Positions 48,257 through 58,109 of a stretch of DNA of 64,000 nucleotides are shown here, piece by piece (positions within the stretch are counted from its first letter, which is position 1; each line of letters opens with the position of its first letter). This DNA is from a bacterium. Lineage in GTDB: Bacteria; UBA8248. The stretch is taken from the NCBI GenBank assembly GCA_965221165.1, contig CBDCRP010000003.1, positions 1,472,001 to 1,536,000 of the forward strand. The letters run 5' to 3'. The notes under the pieces are model-generated. The model did not search any database, was not told the origin of the DNA, and saw only the letters and a list, made by a program, of their open reading frames with translations. The translations under genes were made by a program, and so were the position numbers.

Positions 48257-49045
48257 CTAGCCGCCCGGCAGATGCGGCATCAGCTCACTGAGCGTTTTCA
48301 CTTCCAAATCCGCCGTCACGTCCGGATCCCCCGCTATCATGCCCCAGCGGTTCACCCACACGGTGGCCATACCCACGTTCTGGCCGCCGGCGATGTCCGT
48401 CCTCAGGTTGTCTCCCACCATGACGGCCTGGCCCGCGTCTACGTCCAGTTCCCTGAGCGCCTCCTCGAAAAGGAAAGGCTCGGGTTTTCCGAAAAAAACC
48501 GGCTCCCTTCCCGCCGCCGCCCGCACCGACGCCATGATGGCGCCCCCGCCAAGTGAGAACGAGCCGTCCTCGCTCGGCAGACGCACGTCGGGGTTCATGG
48601 CGACGAAATGCGCGCCCCGGCTCACCGCCCGCGCGGCGGCGCTCAGCGTCTGATAGGTGAGGTCCTCGTCCAGACCGACGACGACGACGTCGGCCGCATC
48701 TTCCTCCTCCCGGCCCACTATCTCAAAACCACCCGATGCGACCGCGCTTTTGAGCGAATCCGTCCCCAGCACGTACGCCCGGCCCGGCCCATAGTTCTTT
48801 CTCAAGAACGAATCGATGCGATCCAGCGCGGCCACGATGAGGTTCTCCCCCGGGTCCAGACCTATCCCCGCCATGTGGGTGCGGATCTCCGCAGCCGTGC
48901 TGCGGCTGATGTTCGTGATGAAGCGATGGGGGAGATTTCTCCCCTTGATGGCGCGCATCAACTCCACCCCGCCGGGCATCACCTCGTCCCCGGCGAAGAA
49001 AACTCCTTCCAGGTCGAACACGAAAGCCTTTTTGTCATGAAACAT
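48257..49045 (-). CDS. HAD-IIA (NagD-like) hydrolase
   Basis: FDLEG, ITN, GKPEP, MVGDNLRTDIAGG. Confidence 0.88.
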   Translation of the reverse strand: MFHDKKAFVFDLEGVFFAGDEVMPGGVELMRAIKGRNLPHRFITNISRSTAAEIRTHMAGIGLDPGENLIVAALDRIDSFLRKNYGPGRAYVLGTDSLKSAVASGGFEIVGREEEDAADVVVVGLDEDLTYQTLSAAARAVSRGAHFVAMNPDVRLPSEDGSFSLGGGAIMASVRAAAGREPVFFGKPEPFLFEEALRELDVDAGQAVMVGDNLRTDIAGGQNVGMATVWVNRWGMIAGDPDVTADLEVKTLSELMPHLPGG

Positions 49046-49054
49046 GACGGCCTC

Positions 49055-50248
49055 TTATATCGCCTTGCGCTCTTTTAACCGCTCGATTTCCTCATCGCCC
49101 AGACCAAGCACTTCCTTGAGCACTTCCTCGGTGTGCTCGCCCATCAGGGGAGGCGGCGAAGGGGCGGCCCCCCACGTACCCTCCATCTTGACGGGCGTGT
49201 TGAACGTCTGCATCTCGCCGAGTTCGGGATGGGTCATCTCCACCACCATCTCTCGCGCGCGCGTCTGGGGATCGTTCAGCGCCTCGTCGATGCTCTGAAT
49301 CGGCCCGCAGGGAACGCCGTGCGCCTCGATTTTCTCTATCCAGTGCGCGGCGGTGTCCGTCTTGTAGACTTCCGAGAGTTTCGCGTCCACGTATTCGCGG
49401 TTCTCGAGGCGGGTCGGCCTATCCTTCATCCTGGGGTCGTCCTTCCATTCGGGACGGCCCAGCGCGTCGCAGAGACTCTGGAAGAAATGATCCAGAATGG
49501 CGTCGAGCACCAGCCATTTGCCGTCTCCGCACTGGTATGCGCCGATGGGAACGGCGGATGCGTGTCCCGTGCCCATCGGCTCGGCCACGTCGCCCGCCGT
49601 CAGATAGTATTGCGAGCGGTAGCTTGCGAGGTACAACTGGCTATCGAGGAGCGAGACGTCCACTTTCTGGCCGACGCCCGTCTTCTCGCGCTTGTAGAGG
49701 GCCGCCAGAATCCCGTGGGCCACGAACAGACCCCCGCCCATGTCTCCCATGGGCACGCCCAGGCGCACGGGCGGCCTGCCCGGCTCGCCGGTGAAGCTCA
49801 TGATTCCGCCGCGCCCCTGGATGATGAGGTCGAGAGCGGGCTTGTCCTTTTGGGGACCGGTGAGTCCGTAGCCCGTGACGGAGGCGCTGATGATGCGGGG
49901 ATTCACCTTTTTGAGCGTTTCATAGTCCGCGCCCAGACGCTCCAGGACGCCGGGGCGGTAGTTGTCATACACGACGTCGGAGCATTTCACCATCTCGCAA
50001 AAGACGCGGTAGCCCTCCTCGTCCTTCAGGTTCAGAAAAATGCCCCGCTTGTTCCTGTTCAGGGCGATGAAGTAGGCGCTCGTCTCCCCCACGTAGTGGG
50101 GCGGCATCGTGCGGACGAGGTCGCCCCGGCCCGGCATTTCTATCTTGATGACGTCCGCGCCCAGATCGGCCAGCACCATGCTGCCGTAAGGACCGGCGAG
50201 CAAAGCGGATAAGTCGAGTATTCGCACGCCCTCCAGCGGCTTTCCCAA
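49055..50248 (-). CDS. Family III CoA-transferase (CaiB/BaiF)
   Basis: LAGPY..LADLGADVIKIE, NRNKR, NYRPG, GYG..GP; TTG start. Confidence 0.92.
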   Translation of the reverse strand: MGKPLEGVRILDLSALLAGPYGSMVLADLGADVIKIEMPGRGDLVRTMPPHYVGETSAYFIALNRNKRGIFLNLKDEEGYRVFCEMVKCSDVVYDNYRPGVLERLGADYETLKKVNPRIISASVTGYGLTGPQKDKPALDLIIQGRGGIMSFTGEPGRPPVRLGVPMGDMGGGLFVAHGILAALYKREKTGVGQKVDVSLLDSQLYLASYRSQYYLTAGDVAEPMGTGHASAVPIGAYQCGDGKWLVLDAILDHFFQSLCDALGRPEWKDDPRMKDRPTRLENREYVDAKLSEVYKTDTAAHWIEKIEAHGVPCGPIQSIDEALNDPQTRAREMVVEMTHPELGEMQTFNTPVKMEGTWGAAPSPPPLMGEHTEEVLKEVLGLGDEEIERLKERKAI

Positions 50249-50281
50249 AACTCATTCCCCCACAAAAAAGATACGCCGCCG

Positions 50282-50695
50282 CTAGGCCGCGCCGGCTGCT
50301 GCGTTATTCCTGATGTACGAAACGATTTCCGCCATGTCCGCATGGTGGTTGAAGACTTCGGCGACGCCTAAGGATTTGAGCTCCGCCACGTCGCGCTCGA
50401 GAATGTTCCCACCTAAGATGACGAGGCAATCATCAAGGCCCTCTTCGGCCAATCTGGCCATGAGCCTGCGCGCGATCCCCATATAAGAGCCCGAGAGCAC
50501 GCTCAGGCCGATGACGTCCACGTTCTCCTGAATCGCGACGGCGACTATCTGCGCATCCGTTTGCCTGAGGCCCGAGTAGATCACCTCCATGCCGGCGTCC
50601 CTGAGCGCGTGGATGATTACCTTCACGCCCCGATCGTGGCCATCGAGGCCCGGCTTCGCCATCAGCACCCGTATGCGCTTCTCGGTTCTCGCCAT
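50282..50695 (-). CDS. Acyl-CoA mutase small (cobalamin-binding) subunit
   Basis: AKPGLDGHDRG, GMEVIYSG, GLSVLSG, GG. Confidence 0.93.
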   Translation of the reverse strand: MARTEKRIRVLMAKPGLDGHDRGVKVIIHALRDAGMEVIYSGLRQTDAQIVAVAIQENVDVIGLSVLSGSYMGIARRLMARLAEEGLDDCLVILGGNILERDVAELKSLGVAEVFNHHADMAEIVSYIRNNAAAGAA

Positions 50696-52344
50696 CAGAC
50701 GACCGAAGGCTCTCTATAGGAACCAAACACGCCGCGCATCACCTCCGTCATCTCCCCCACGGTGAGGCGCGCGCGGGCGGCCTCCATCAAACAAGGCACG
50801 AGATTCTCTTTCGACTCGCACGCTCTTTGTAGTTTCTCAAGCTGCGCGTCCACCTCAGCCTTATCGCGGGCGGCCTTCACCTGCGCAAGCCGCGCCTTTT
50901 GTTTTTCGAGCGTCGAATCGTCCATCTCGTAGAGGCCCTCGCCCGCGCTCATGCGGTCTTCCTCCTCGGAGGTGAACTTGTTCACGCCCACCCATACCTG
51001 CTCGCCTTCGGTGATCTTGCGCTGGTGCTCATAGGCCTGCCTCGCGAGCAGCCTTTGAATCTCGCCGCTCTCGATAAAGGGGACGATTCCGCCGCGCGAC
51101 TCGTAATCATCCACGATGGACTGAATCTCCTCTTCCACCTGATCCGTTACCGACTCGATCGCGAAGCTGCCCGCCAGCGGGTCCACCGTGTCGGCCACGC
51201 CGCTCTCATGCGCGATGACCTGCTGAATCCGGAGAGCCGTGCGGATGGACTCGTCCGAGGGAATCTCAAAGGCCTCATCGAAACACGCCATGTTCACCGA
51301 GCGCGTGCCGCCCAGCACGGCGGCGAGGGTAAAGAGCGTCTGGCGCACGATGTTGTTGAGCGGCTCGCGCGCCGCCATTCGGCTGCCGCAATTGCCGGTC
51401 GAGAACTTAAGCTGCATGGTCCTGGGGTTTTTCGCGCCGTATTTCTCCTTCATCGTGCGCGCCCATATCCGCCGCGCGGCGCGCAGCTTGCCGACCGATT
51501 CGAGCAGATTGAACGGCCCCACGCCTCCGCCGACGGAGAGGTGGAACGACATGGTGGGCACGAAATCATCCACGTGGAGGCCGCGCCCGGTGAGTTCCCG
51601 AATGTAGGCCAGGGCGTTCAGTATGGGGAAGGCCACGTCCTGCGCGAGGGTGGCGCCGGTTTCCGCGATGTGGGTGGCGGAGACGCTGATGGCGTTCACG
51701 CGCGGGCAGTGCCTCGCGTTGTACTCGATGACGTCGGCCACGAGGCGCATGGAGGGTCTTGGGGGGAATATCCAGGTGCCCCGGCCAATGTATTCCTTGA
51801 GCATGTCGTTCTGGAAGGTGCCGCGCAGCTTATCCAGCCCGACTCCCTGGCGCTCTGCGGCGATGAGCCAGAACGCCTGGATGACGGCGGCGGTGGAGTT
51901 GATGGTGTGCGAGACGCTCACCTTATCGAGCGGTATCCCGTCAAAAACGTCCGCCATGTCCCCGACGGTGTCCACGGCGACGCCCAGACGGCCCACGTCG
52001 TCCTGAGCGGCCTCGTCGTCCGAGTCGAGGCCAAGTTGCGTGGGCAGATCATAAGCCATAGAGAGGCCCGTCTGGCCGTTTCCGAGCAGAAAGTGAAACC
52101 GCGCGTTGGTATCCGCCGAGGTGGAAAAACCCGCGTACTGGCGCATCGTCCAGAGCGAACCCCGGTACATCGTGGGGTAGATGCCCCGCGTGTAGGGGTA
52201 TTCTCCCGGCGCGCCGAGTTTTTCCCGATACGCCTCATCCGGCGCGTCGGGCCCGTAGACCACGGGCACGGGCTTGCCCGAGTTATAGGCCGCCTCGCGG
52301 ACGGGACGCTCTTTTTTCGCGCCGTTATCCCCGGCCTTCGCCAT
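50695..52344 (-). CDS. Acyl-CoA mutase large subunit (methylmalonyl-CoA mutase family, divergent active site)
   Basis: PGEYPYTRG, WTMRQYAGF, DLPTQ, QNDMLKEY, DPLAGS. Confidence 0.92.
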   Translation of the reverse strand: MAKAGDNGAKKERPVREAAYNSGKPVPVVYGPDAPDEAYREKLGAPGEYPYTRGIYPTMYRGSLWTMRQYAGFSTSADTNARFHFLLGNGQTGLSMAYDLPTQLGLDSDDEAAQDDVGRLGVAVDTVGDMADVFDGIPLDKVSVSHTINSTAAVIQAFWLIAAERQGVGLDKLRGTFQNDMLKEYIGRGTWIFPPRPSMRLVADVIEYNARHCPRVNAISVSATHIAETGATLAQDVAFPILNALAYIRELTGRGLHVDDFVPTMSFHLSVGGGVGPFNLLESVGKLRAARRIWARTMKEKYGAKNPRTMQLKFSTGNCGSRMAAREPLNNIVRQTLFTLAAVLGGTRSVNMACFDEAFEIPSDESIRTALRIQQVIAHESGVADTVDPLAGSFAIESVTDQVEEEIQSIVDDYESRGGIVPFIESGEIQRLLARQAYEHQRKITEGEQVWVGVNKFTSEEEDRMSAGEGLYEMDDSTLEKQKARLAQVKAARDKAEVDAQLEKLQRACESKENLVPCLMEAARARLTVGEMTEVMRGVFGSYREPSVV

Positions 52345-52534
52345 CGTTCACCCCTGCGCAAACGAATAGAGAAACCACTCTCAAGTGAGAACGGAAAGGA
52401 GAAGAATCTTCTTCTTACTGATTATCATACTCTCCCCCCAAGGCCAACGAGATCACCCGCGCCCATTGACCCGGGGAGCCTCGGCGGAGAGAATCGGGGA
52501 AAATACGACACCCCAAAATGAGGAGAACCGACAC

Positions 52535-53314
52535 ATGAGCCAATCTCTATTCGACCTGAGCGGGGCGAAGGCGCTCGTCACGGGCGCTGCGCGCGGCATC
52601 GGACGCACGCTGGCCGAGGGCTTCGCCGCCGCGGGCGCGGACGTCGCCATCGTGGACATCGACCTGGAACCCGCCCAGGAGGCGAAAGAAGCCATCGAGG
52701 GCATGGGCCGCAAATGCGCGCTCATCCAGACCGACGTGACCGACATGGAATCAGCCGAGCGCATGGTGATCGAAGCCGCCGCAGCACTTGGCGGCCTCAC
52801 CATTCTGGTGAACAACGCAGGCACGAACGTGCGGAAAACTCTTTGGGATATCACCGAGGCGGATTGGGACAGGATCCTCGACCTGAACTTGAAGAGCATC
52901 TTCTTCATCACGCGGCGCGCAGGCGAGGAGATGAAAAAAGCAGGCGGCGGCAAGGTGATCAACATATCCTCGCTGATGGGCTGGTCCGTATTCAGGAACC
53001 CCCGCAAGCAGTGCTACGGGCCCTATACGTCTTCCAAGAGCGGCCTCATCGGCCTGACGCGTGTTTTCGCTCGCGAGTATGCGACGGACAACATTCAGGT
53101 GAACGCCATCTGCCCCACCTTCATCGAAACGGAGCTGACGGCCTCCTTGCAGGAAGACGAACTCATCTACGACGCCATCTGCGACAGAACGCCCATGGGC
53201 CGCTTCGGGCAGATGAGCGAACTCGTGGGGCCGGCCATCTTCCTGGCTTCGAAGGCGAGCAGCCTCGTCACCGGCACATCGCTCCTGGTGGACGGCGGAT
53301 GGTATGCCACCTGA
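52535..53314 (+). CDS. SDR family oxidoreductase (gluconate 5-dehydrogenase/KduD-like)
   Basis: FDLSG..ALVTGAARGIG, NNAG, YTSSK, RTPMGR, VDGGW. Confidence 0.9.
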   Translation: MSQSLFDLSGAKALVTGAARGIGRTLAEGFAAAGADVAIVDIDLEPAQEAKEAIEGMGRKCALIQTDVTDMESAERMVIEAAAALGGLTILVNNAGTNVRKTLWDITEADWDRILDLNLKSIFFITRRAGEEMKKAGGGKVINISSLMGWSVFRNPRKQCYGPYTSSKSGLIGLTRVFAREYATDNIQVNAICPTFIETELTASLQEDELIYDAICDRTPMGRFGQMSELVGPAIFLASKASSLVTGTSLLVDGGWYAT

Positions 53315-54566
53315 AGAGGGAAAGCGCGTTCTCCTGCTCATGACGACGGCCACCTACCGCGCATCCGCCTACATGGCGGCGGCTCAGGAGATGGGCCTGC
53401 GCTTGACGGTGGGAACCGACAGGCCCGATTTGCTCGCCGAACTGAACCCCGGAGGCTCCATCACGCTCGATTACAACGAACCCGAAGCGGGCGCGGCTCT
53501 CATCCGGGCGTTCGCAAAAGAATTTCCGGTCGACGCTATCGCCCCGGTGGATGACGACACTTTGATTCTCGGCGCGATGGCCGCCGAATCGCTGGGGCTG
53601 CCCTATCACCCCGTGGAGGCCGCCCGCACGACGAGGAGCAAGTACGAACTCAGAAAAGTCCTGTCCGAAGAAGGCCTGCCATCGCCCGCCTTTCGCCTGG
53701 TCTCGGCACAGGAGGAGCCTGATAAAATCGCCCAAAACCTGCGCTATCCTTGCGTGCTAAAGCCCACTTTTCTGGCCGCAAGCCGGGGCGTGATTCGCGC
53801 GAACGACCCGGCGGAATTCGCCCGGGCCTACCGCCGCATCGGCGCGATATTAGAGGACCCAGAGACCATCGCCAGAGGCGGCCCGGAGGCGCGGATGATT
53901 CTCGTGGAGGATTATCTCGACGGCGTCGAGGTCGCCGTGGAGGGCCTCGTCGTGCGGGGGGAAGTCCACATTCTCGCCATCTTTGATAAGCCCGACCCCC
54001 TCGAAGGTCCTTTTTTCGAGGAAACCATCTACGTCACGCCCTCTCGGCTGCCCGATGAAAACCAAGAGAAAATCCGCGAAGAAACCATTCGCGCAGCCCG
54101 GGCGATTCGCCTGCGCGAGGGTCCGCTCCACGCGGAACTGAGAATCAACGAGGGAGGCGAAATCCGGGTGATCGACGTGGCGAGCCGCTCCATCGGCGGG
54201 AAATGCTCGGGCGCGCTCGAATTCGGCGGCGGCGCATCGCTCGAACACCTCATCCTCTCGCAAGCCCTGGGCGTGGCACCGCCATCGGTGGAGCGGGAGA
54301 AAAAGGCTTCTGGCGTCATGATGATTCCCATACCCGGAGCGGGCATCCTGCAAAAGGTCGAGGGACAGGAGGAGGCCTTGGCCGTGCCCGGCGTCGTGAG
54401 CCTGGACATATCCATCCACATCGGCGGGCGCGTCGTGCCGCTGCCCGAGGGGGAGAGATACCTGGGATTCATCTTCGCCAAAGGAGAGAAGCCCGAAGAG
54501 GTGGAAGCCGCCCTGCGCGCAGCGCACGCGAAACTCAGATTTGATATCTACCCGGCAGGAGGATAG
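53304..54566 (+). CDS. ATP-grasp domain protein
   Basis: YPCVLKP..ASRGVIRA, VEDYLDG.EVAVE, FEETIYVTPS, HAELR, RSIGG. Confidence 0.85.
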   Translation: MPPEEGKRVLLLMTTATYRASAYMAAAQEMGLRLTVGTDRPDLLAELNPGGSITLDYNEPEAGAALIRAFAKEFPVDAIAPVDDDTLILGAMAAESLGLPYHPVEAARTTRSKYELRKVLSEEGLPSPAFRLVSAQEEPDKIAQNLRYPCVLKPTFLAASRGVIRANDPAEFARAYRRIGAILEDPETIARGGPEARMILVEDYLDGVEVAVEGLVVRGEVHILAIFDKPDPLEGPFFEETIYVTPSRLPDENQEKIREETIRAARAIRLREGPLHAELRINEGGEIRVIDVASRSIGGKCSGALEFGGGASLEHLILSQALGVAPPSVEREKKASGVMMIPIPGAGILQKVEGQEEALAVPGVVSLDISIHIGGRVVPLPEGERYLGFIFAKGEKPEEVEAALRAAHAKLRFDIYPAGG

Positions 54567-54627
54567 ATCTAGAACATAACAAACAAATCCATTTGAAATG
54601 TAATGACCAATTCAAAGAATTAATGAA

Positions 54628-55419
54628 CTAAGAACGCGGTTTACTATCCCAAATGATCCCCTCGACCCAATGGCGAGGGATATCTGCTTTGGCATCTACG
54701 AACCAGCCAGATTTTCCCTTAGGCACTGCTTGGCAAGGTCCTCCTAGTAAACCAGCAGCCGGTAAAGCAGCTACGATTGCTTGAAGGTCGTCATGGGTTC
54801 CCTGCCAATCTTCAAGATTTGGCAAGTCGTAGCACTTCTGCAATGCGGTGACATATGATGATATTTTTTGATGATTTCCTGCGAACTTCGTTTTTGCAGG
54901 AAGGGGCTTTAATCCACTTGTTTTCCAAATGGACGTAGGAAAACATTCAAGCAACCAACAATATTGGTCATCCAGTAGTTCTAAAATTTTGGAATCAGGA
55001 TTATTGGCTAGTTGGAAGTCACTTCTATCTATCAGCGTTTCAAAAACTTCCAACGAAAATTGTATCCAGTTGCGATAAGTTCCAGGATATGTTTTGCCAT
55101 ACTTGCCCGTTTTACCTGGACATGCAGCAAGATATTCACACCACCTACCGACTCCTCCTCGTATCTCGGGTTTCGGTTCTCGCCATCCCTGCGGCCCGTC
55201 GAGACTAACGGCGTCTAGCATATTTTCCGCAACGTAAGAATGAATTACTTCGGCCATCGCTGCAGACGTAAGATCACAATCTGGCCATTCAATACATCCA
55301 TATTGGGCAGACAACCACTTAGGTTGGGGGGAGATTTGAAACTCAAGGATTGCTGAGCCACTATCCGACCAACTTTTCGATGCCAAATCAACACCGAGAA
55401 CTCTAAGACTAGGCCCCAC
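54628..55419 (-). CDS. DUF429-like (RNase H-fold) putative nuclease, AT-rich
   Basis: VLGVDLA, LDGPQG, ECFP, HDDLQA. Confidence 0.65.
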   Translation of the reverse strand: MGPSLRVLGVDLASKSWSDSGSAILEFQISPQPKWLSAQYGCIEWPDCDLTSAAMAEVIHSYVAENMLDAVSLDGPQGWREPKPEIRGGVGRWCEYLAACPGKTGKYGKTYPGTYRNWIQFSLEVFETLIDRSDFQLANNPDSKILELLDDQYCWLLECFPTSIWKTSGLKPLPAKTKFAGNHQKISSYVTALQKCYDLPNLEDWQGTHDDLQAIVAALPAAGLLGGPCQAVPKGKSGWFVDAKADIPRHWVEGIIWDSKPRS

Positions 55420-55471
55420 TGCTACTATCTTCTCAATGCGACTAAAGAATCTTCCAAAACAGGATTGTTTC

Positions 55472-56020
55472 TTACTTTTTCGTCGGCGCGTAGTAGGGGT
55501 TCGAGCCCGATGCGTGGTCTGTGGTGTCGACCACCTGAATCTCGGGGTCGAGCTGTTGCAGGCGCGCCTCGACGCCTGATTTGAGCGTCACGTCCGCCAT
55601 GCCGCAACCCGCGCAGCCTCCGCCCATCTGCACGAACACGCGCTTTTCTTCCACGTCCAGCAGGTTGATGACGCCGCCGTGGGACGCGACGGCCGGGTTG
55701 ATCTCCGTGTCGATGATCTCCTGAATCTGCTCGAGGAGGGACACATCTCCCTCCGCCATCTCGCGCGTCACCTTGAAGCCGCTCGTGGGGCCTTCGGTCA
55801 CGAACTCGATTTGGGCCTTCTCCGCCCTGGCGACGTGCTCGGCCGAGGCGAAGACGCCCAGCAGGGGATTCTCTACCCGGATGTATTCGGCCACATCCTC
55901 ATCCTTCACCAGGTCGAGCTTGTAGCCGCCCTCGAAACTGAGCAGGATTCCGGCGAAGCCACCGCCGTTTTGCTCCATGATTTCCTTGACCTTATCGGCT
56001 GCCGCCTCGGTTATCTTCAT
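55472..56020 (-). CDS. nfuA: Fe-S carrier NfuA-like
   Basis: MKITEAA degenerate A-type domain + INPAVASHGG..GGCAGCG Nfu domain. Confidence 0.88.
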   Translation of the reverse strand: MKITEAAADKVKEIMEQNGGGFAGILLSFEGGYKLDLVKDEDVAEYIRVENPLLGVFASAEHVARAEKAQIEFVTEGPTSGFKVTREMAEGDVSLLEQIQEIIDTEINPAVASHGGVINLLDVEEKRVFVQMGGGCAGCGMADVTLKSGVEARLQQLDPEIQVVDTTDHASGSNPYYAPTKK

Positions 56021-56170
56021 GGCATCACTCCCGAATGATTTGTCTCGTATATGAGCGCCCGGGCATCAACTCCCCAAGCCCGTCAAGCATACCACGACGC
56101 GCGCAAAAGGCAAAAGGTGCAAAACGCATGGACCCCTATTTTCTCCACCCCTCGAAGACGCGATGAATCG

Positions 56171-57028
56171 CTAGAGCGGGGTACGCTCCTTGATGTCCTC
56201 TTCGGTTACGTCTCCCGTGTAGACGTAGCCCGTCTCCTCCACGCTCCCGCTACCGATATAGATGCCCACCGCCTCGATGGGTTCGGTATCGCTCAGATTG
56301 TGGAGCCAGTGCTCCACCCCCTTCGGGATGTAGTGGAAGTGCCCGCCGCGCACCTCGACGCGATCAGGCCCCGCGCCCGCCAGCCCGTGGCCGCTGATGA
56401 TGTAGTAGATTTCCTCGCAATTATCGTGCCTGTGCTTCTTGTGCACGGCTCCGGGGAAAAAGCGCGCGCGAAACAGCGTCGTATCGCTCCCGTTGCGCCT
56501 GCCCAGAGGAAGCCTGAAATCGGTGATCGACCACCCCTCCCCCTCGTTCATGTTCTCTTGCGGCACGTCGTCCAGATGCACCAGGATTCCCTCGGTCAGC
56601 CCCTCGCGCGGCATGTCGAGGTCCTCTTTAGTCACGTCGCCGCGAAATTGATAGCCCGTGCCCGCAACGCTCGGCGCGCCGAGATAAAACCCGACCACCA
56701 TCGCTTCCTCGTCTTTCGTCTCGTTGTAGAAGAAATGGGTCGAGCCTTTGGGCATCAAGCGGCAGTGGCCCTCGCGCACCTCGGCGCGTTCCTCGCCCTG
56801 GCCGACCACGCCGTTTCCCTTGAGGTAGACCGCTATTTCCTCACACTCGGTGTGTAAGTGTTTCGCGTGCGTGGAGCCGGGCCGGAATATGGAGTGAAAG
56901 ACCGTCGTCGAGCTTCCGTGCGCGCCGGTTATGGGCAGGCGAAACTCGGAAATCGCCCAGCCTTCTTTTTCCTCCATCCGCTCGGGGGCGATATCGTCTA
57001 TATGAACCAGGGGGTATTGAAGCGCCAT
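56171..57028 (-). CDS. Bicupin protein
   Basis: Two HxHxxxEE motifs (KHLHTECEE, KHRHDNCEE) with motif-2 His. Confidence 0.85.
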   Translation of the reverse strand: MALQYPLVHIDDIAPERMEEKEGWAISEFRLPITGAHGSSTTVFHSIFRPGSTHAKHLHTECEEIAVYLKGNGVVGQGEERAEVREGHCRLMPKGSTHFFYNETKDEEAMVVGFYLGAPSVAGTGYQFRGDVTKEDLDMPREGLTEGILVHLDDVPQENMNEGEGWSITDFRLPLGRRNGSDTTLFRARFFPGAVHKKHRHDNCEEIYYIISGHGLAGAGPDRVEVRGGHFHYIPKGVEHWLHNLSDTEPIEAVGIYIGSGSVEETGYVYTGDVTEEDIKERTPL

Positions 57029-57116
57029 AGGTCTTGTTCCTCTAAGAATAAATGATCGTTCTATCGAATCGGGGCAGAGGCGACTCTTTATCGGTCGCCG
57101 CCTCTTTCATCACAGC

Positions 57117-57989
57117 CTATTCGATCGCGCCCGTTCGTTGTTTCAGGTCTTCTTCGGTCACCGGCCCCATATATTCGAAGCCGCTCTCATCGAGTCCGCC
57201 GACGCCGATGTACCAGCCGGGGGCGGAGAGATCCTCGGTGTCGCTGATGTTCGCGAGCCAGTGTTCCGTGGCCGCGGGGATGTAGTTGACGTCCCCGGCG
57301 AACACTTCCCCGCGATCATTCCCGATCCCGGCCAGGCCGCGGCCCTTGAGGATGTAGCATATCTCCTCGCAATTGTTGTGGCGGTGCTTCATGTGCACGG
57401 TGTGGGGGCCGAAGTAGCCCTGCATCCAGCATGAACCGGCTCCGACGCTGCGGTTCAAGGGCTCGTTGAAGTAATCCTGCGTCCAGCCCTCCTCGCGCGA
57501 CACCTTCACGTGGGGAACCGAGTCGTTGTGAACGAGGGGATATTGCAGGGCGGCGGCGCTCAGCGTGCGCGGAGCAGCGAGGTCGGCCTCGGTGATATCG
57601 CCGAGATAGACGTGCCCGATGTCCTTGAGATAAGGCACGCGGTCGTAGAACCCGATGATGACGAGGGGGTCGTGCCTGCCCAGGTTCACGAGCCAGTGCT
57701 CCACGCCCTTGGGGATCAGGTGGAAGTGGCCCGCGTGCACTTCGGCGCGATCCTCCCCCGCTCCCGCGAGGCCGTGGCCGCTCACGATGTAATACTGCAT
57801 CTGGCAGTTCTCGTAGCGGTGCTTGTGGTGGCGATCCCCGGGGGCCAGGGTGGCGTGGTACATGATGGAGGAGGAACCCTCCTTCCCGCTGACGACGACC
57901 CTGAAATCGGAGACGCTCCAGCCCTCTTTCTCGTCGAGCTTCTCGGGCGTTACGTTGGCGATGCGAATGTATGGGTGTTCAAGAGCCAT
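57117..57989 (-). CDS. Bicupin protein (first domain degenerate)
   Basis: KHRYENCQ in domain 1, KHRHNNCEE in domain 2; paralogous to the neighbour. Confidence 0.85.
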   Translation of the reverse strand: MALEHPYIRIANVTPEKLDEKEGWSVSDFRVVVSGKEGSSSIMYHATLAPGDRHHKHRYENCQMQYYIVSGHGLAGAGEDRAEVHAGHFHLIPKGVEHWLVNLGRHDPLVIIGFYDRVPYLKDIGHVYLGDITEADLAAPRTLSAAALQYPLVHNDSVPHVKVSREEGWTQDYFNEPLNRSVGAGSCWMQGYFGPHTVHMKHRHNNCEEICYILKGRGLAGIGNDRGEVFAGDVNYIPAATEHWLANISDTEDLSAPGWYIGVGGLDESGFEYMGPVTEEDLKQRTGAIE

Positions 57990-58109
57990 GACGACCTCCT
58001 CGGTTTCTACAGATAAGCCCGCGCGCGGCGGGAATCACCTCGTCGCCGCGCACACCGCGACCAGGCGCCTCGATCATCGACAGCGGAAACAAACCCGCGT
58101 CCGGACAAA

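Noticed and set aside
50240-50255. Frameshift at the CaiB start (ATG AGT T TTG)
   Set aside because: A TTG start with a GGGGA SD 7 nt upstream explains it without an indel
52345-52534. Cobalamin riboswitch upstream of the mutase
   Set aside because: No recognisable B12-box or conserved core seen
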